Part shown: in pieces, positions 26,111 through 26,633 of the stretch
Layout of the letters: each line of letters starts with the position of its first letter
Position numbering within the stretch: position 1 is the first letter of the stretch
IMG/VR virus record: IMGVR_UViG_3300010224_000034
Span: 1-26,633 of that record
Origin: a virus
Taxonomy: Duplodnaviria; Caudoviricetes
Direction: 5' to 3' (one strand)
Length of the DNA stretch: 26,633 nt
Program-made: the position numbers and the translations under genes
The notes under the pieces: generated by a model
Told to the model about the DNA's origin: nothing
Database searches by the model: none
What the model saw: only the letters and a program-made list of their open reading frames with translations

Positions 26111-26525
26111 TGCCTGCCGTCGGCGCGGCGGTGGCGGCCGGCTCGTCGTCAGCCTCGACGATCAGGATGCGGGCCCGAAGCTGGGAGTCCGGCGTCAGGT
26201 AGAGGTTCGCGAGCATCTGCGTCAGCGTCTTGCGGTCCTCGGTGCGCGCCTTCGGCTGCTCGGCCTCAGCGAACACGCGGACGGCGAACGCGACGTCATA
26301 AAGCGCGTGCGCCTCGTCCCACAGCACCGCGACCGGGTGCTCCCACCAGTCGGCCCAGACCTCAAGCTCGCGCGCGGTCGGCTCGACCAGCGGCCACTCC
26401 GGCGCAGGCTTGCCGCGGCCTGCAGCCGGGATCTTCGTCCACGCCGGGTCGGTCTTGCGCGACCGGCGAAGCGCGTTCGGGTCCGGCGGGGGACCGGAGC
26501 GCGCGCGAGCGCCACCCTTAGTCAT
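26067..26525 (-). CDS. terS: Terminase small subunit
   Basis: GGARARSGPPPDP...PEWP...W..WW..P...W...LTP pattern. GAGGAGGAG SD. Upstream of terL. Confidence 0.88.
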   Translation of the reverse strand: MTKGGARARSGPPPDPNALRRSRKTDPAWTKIPAAGRGKPAPEWPLVEPTARELEVWADWWEHPVAVLWDEAHALYDVAFAVRVFAEAEQPKARTEDRKTLTQMLANLYLTPDSQLRARILIVEADDEPAATAAPTAGNVTDLRSRLGRGAS

Positions 26526-26538
26526 GATCTCCTCCTCG

Positions 26539-26585
26539 GTGGCCTTGCGCCACGTCGGGCGACACACAGCCTTGCGCCGTGCGTC
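26539..26585 (-). promoter_or_regulatory. Tandem GCAAG-pentaloop hairpins in the terS leader
   Basis: GACGCACGGC-GCAAG-GCTGTGTGTC and GTGGC-GCAAG-GCCAC, directly before the SD. Confidence 0.6.
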
Positions 26586-26633
26586 AGGGGGTACCGCTGG
26601 GGCCTTCTGAACCTGACGGACTTGCCAGAGCCC

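Larger units (their letters stand above)
1..26633. mobile_element. Temperate actinobacterial siphophage genome segment
   Basis: Canonical head-tail-lysis-integration-immunity order. No host genes are recognisable. Confidence 0.97.

Noticed and set aside
26586-26633. Possible cos/pac site upstream of terS
   Set aside because: The position is plausible but there is no diagnostic sequence and the window ends here.
1-26633. CRISPR array, diversity-generating retroelement, invertible tail cassette, intron or intein
   Set aside because: I saw no repeat-spacer array, reverse transcriptase, invertase or TR/VR pair by eye, and terL, portal and capsid are of normal length.

Overview
About 26.6 kb of a high-GC temperate actinobacterial siphophage. 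A Nocardioides-like host is my guess from GC content and gene style, not something the sequence proves. Left end: divergent genetic switch (excisionase/Cro-like gene leftward, HTH repressor rightward), a tyrosine integrase and an intact attP-type site made of the 3' half of tRNA-Lys(UUU) flanked by four TGACACAC arm-type repeats. Phage genes continue on both sides of this site, so this looks like the unintegrated form or a tandem junction. The rest is one minus-strand late operon: terS, terL, portal, MuF-like protein, scaffold, major capsid, head-tail genes, major tail, tail chaperones with a -1 frameshift, tape measure, minor tails, lysis region and a terminal beta-helix tailspike. Most notable: (1) a translationally coupled accessory block between endolysin and holins (Cys/His-rich DUF6527-like protein, EEP phosphoesterase, C2H2-like microprotein); (2) tandem C(GCRAG)G pentaloop hairpins in the leaders of both terS and scaffold; (3) a GT-A glycosyltransferase-like gene inside the head module; (4) an antisense membrane-protein moron with its own promoter. 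All functional calls come from motif recognition and synteny by eye; no searches were run.
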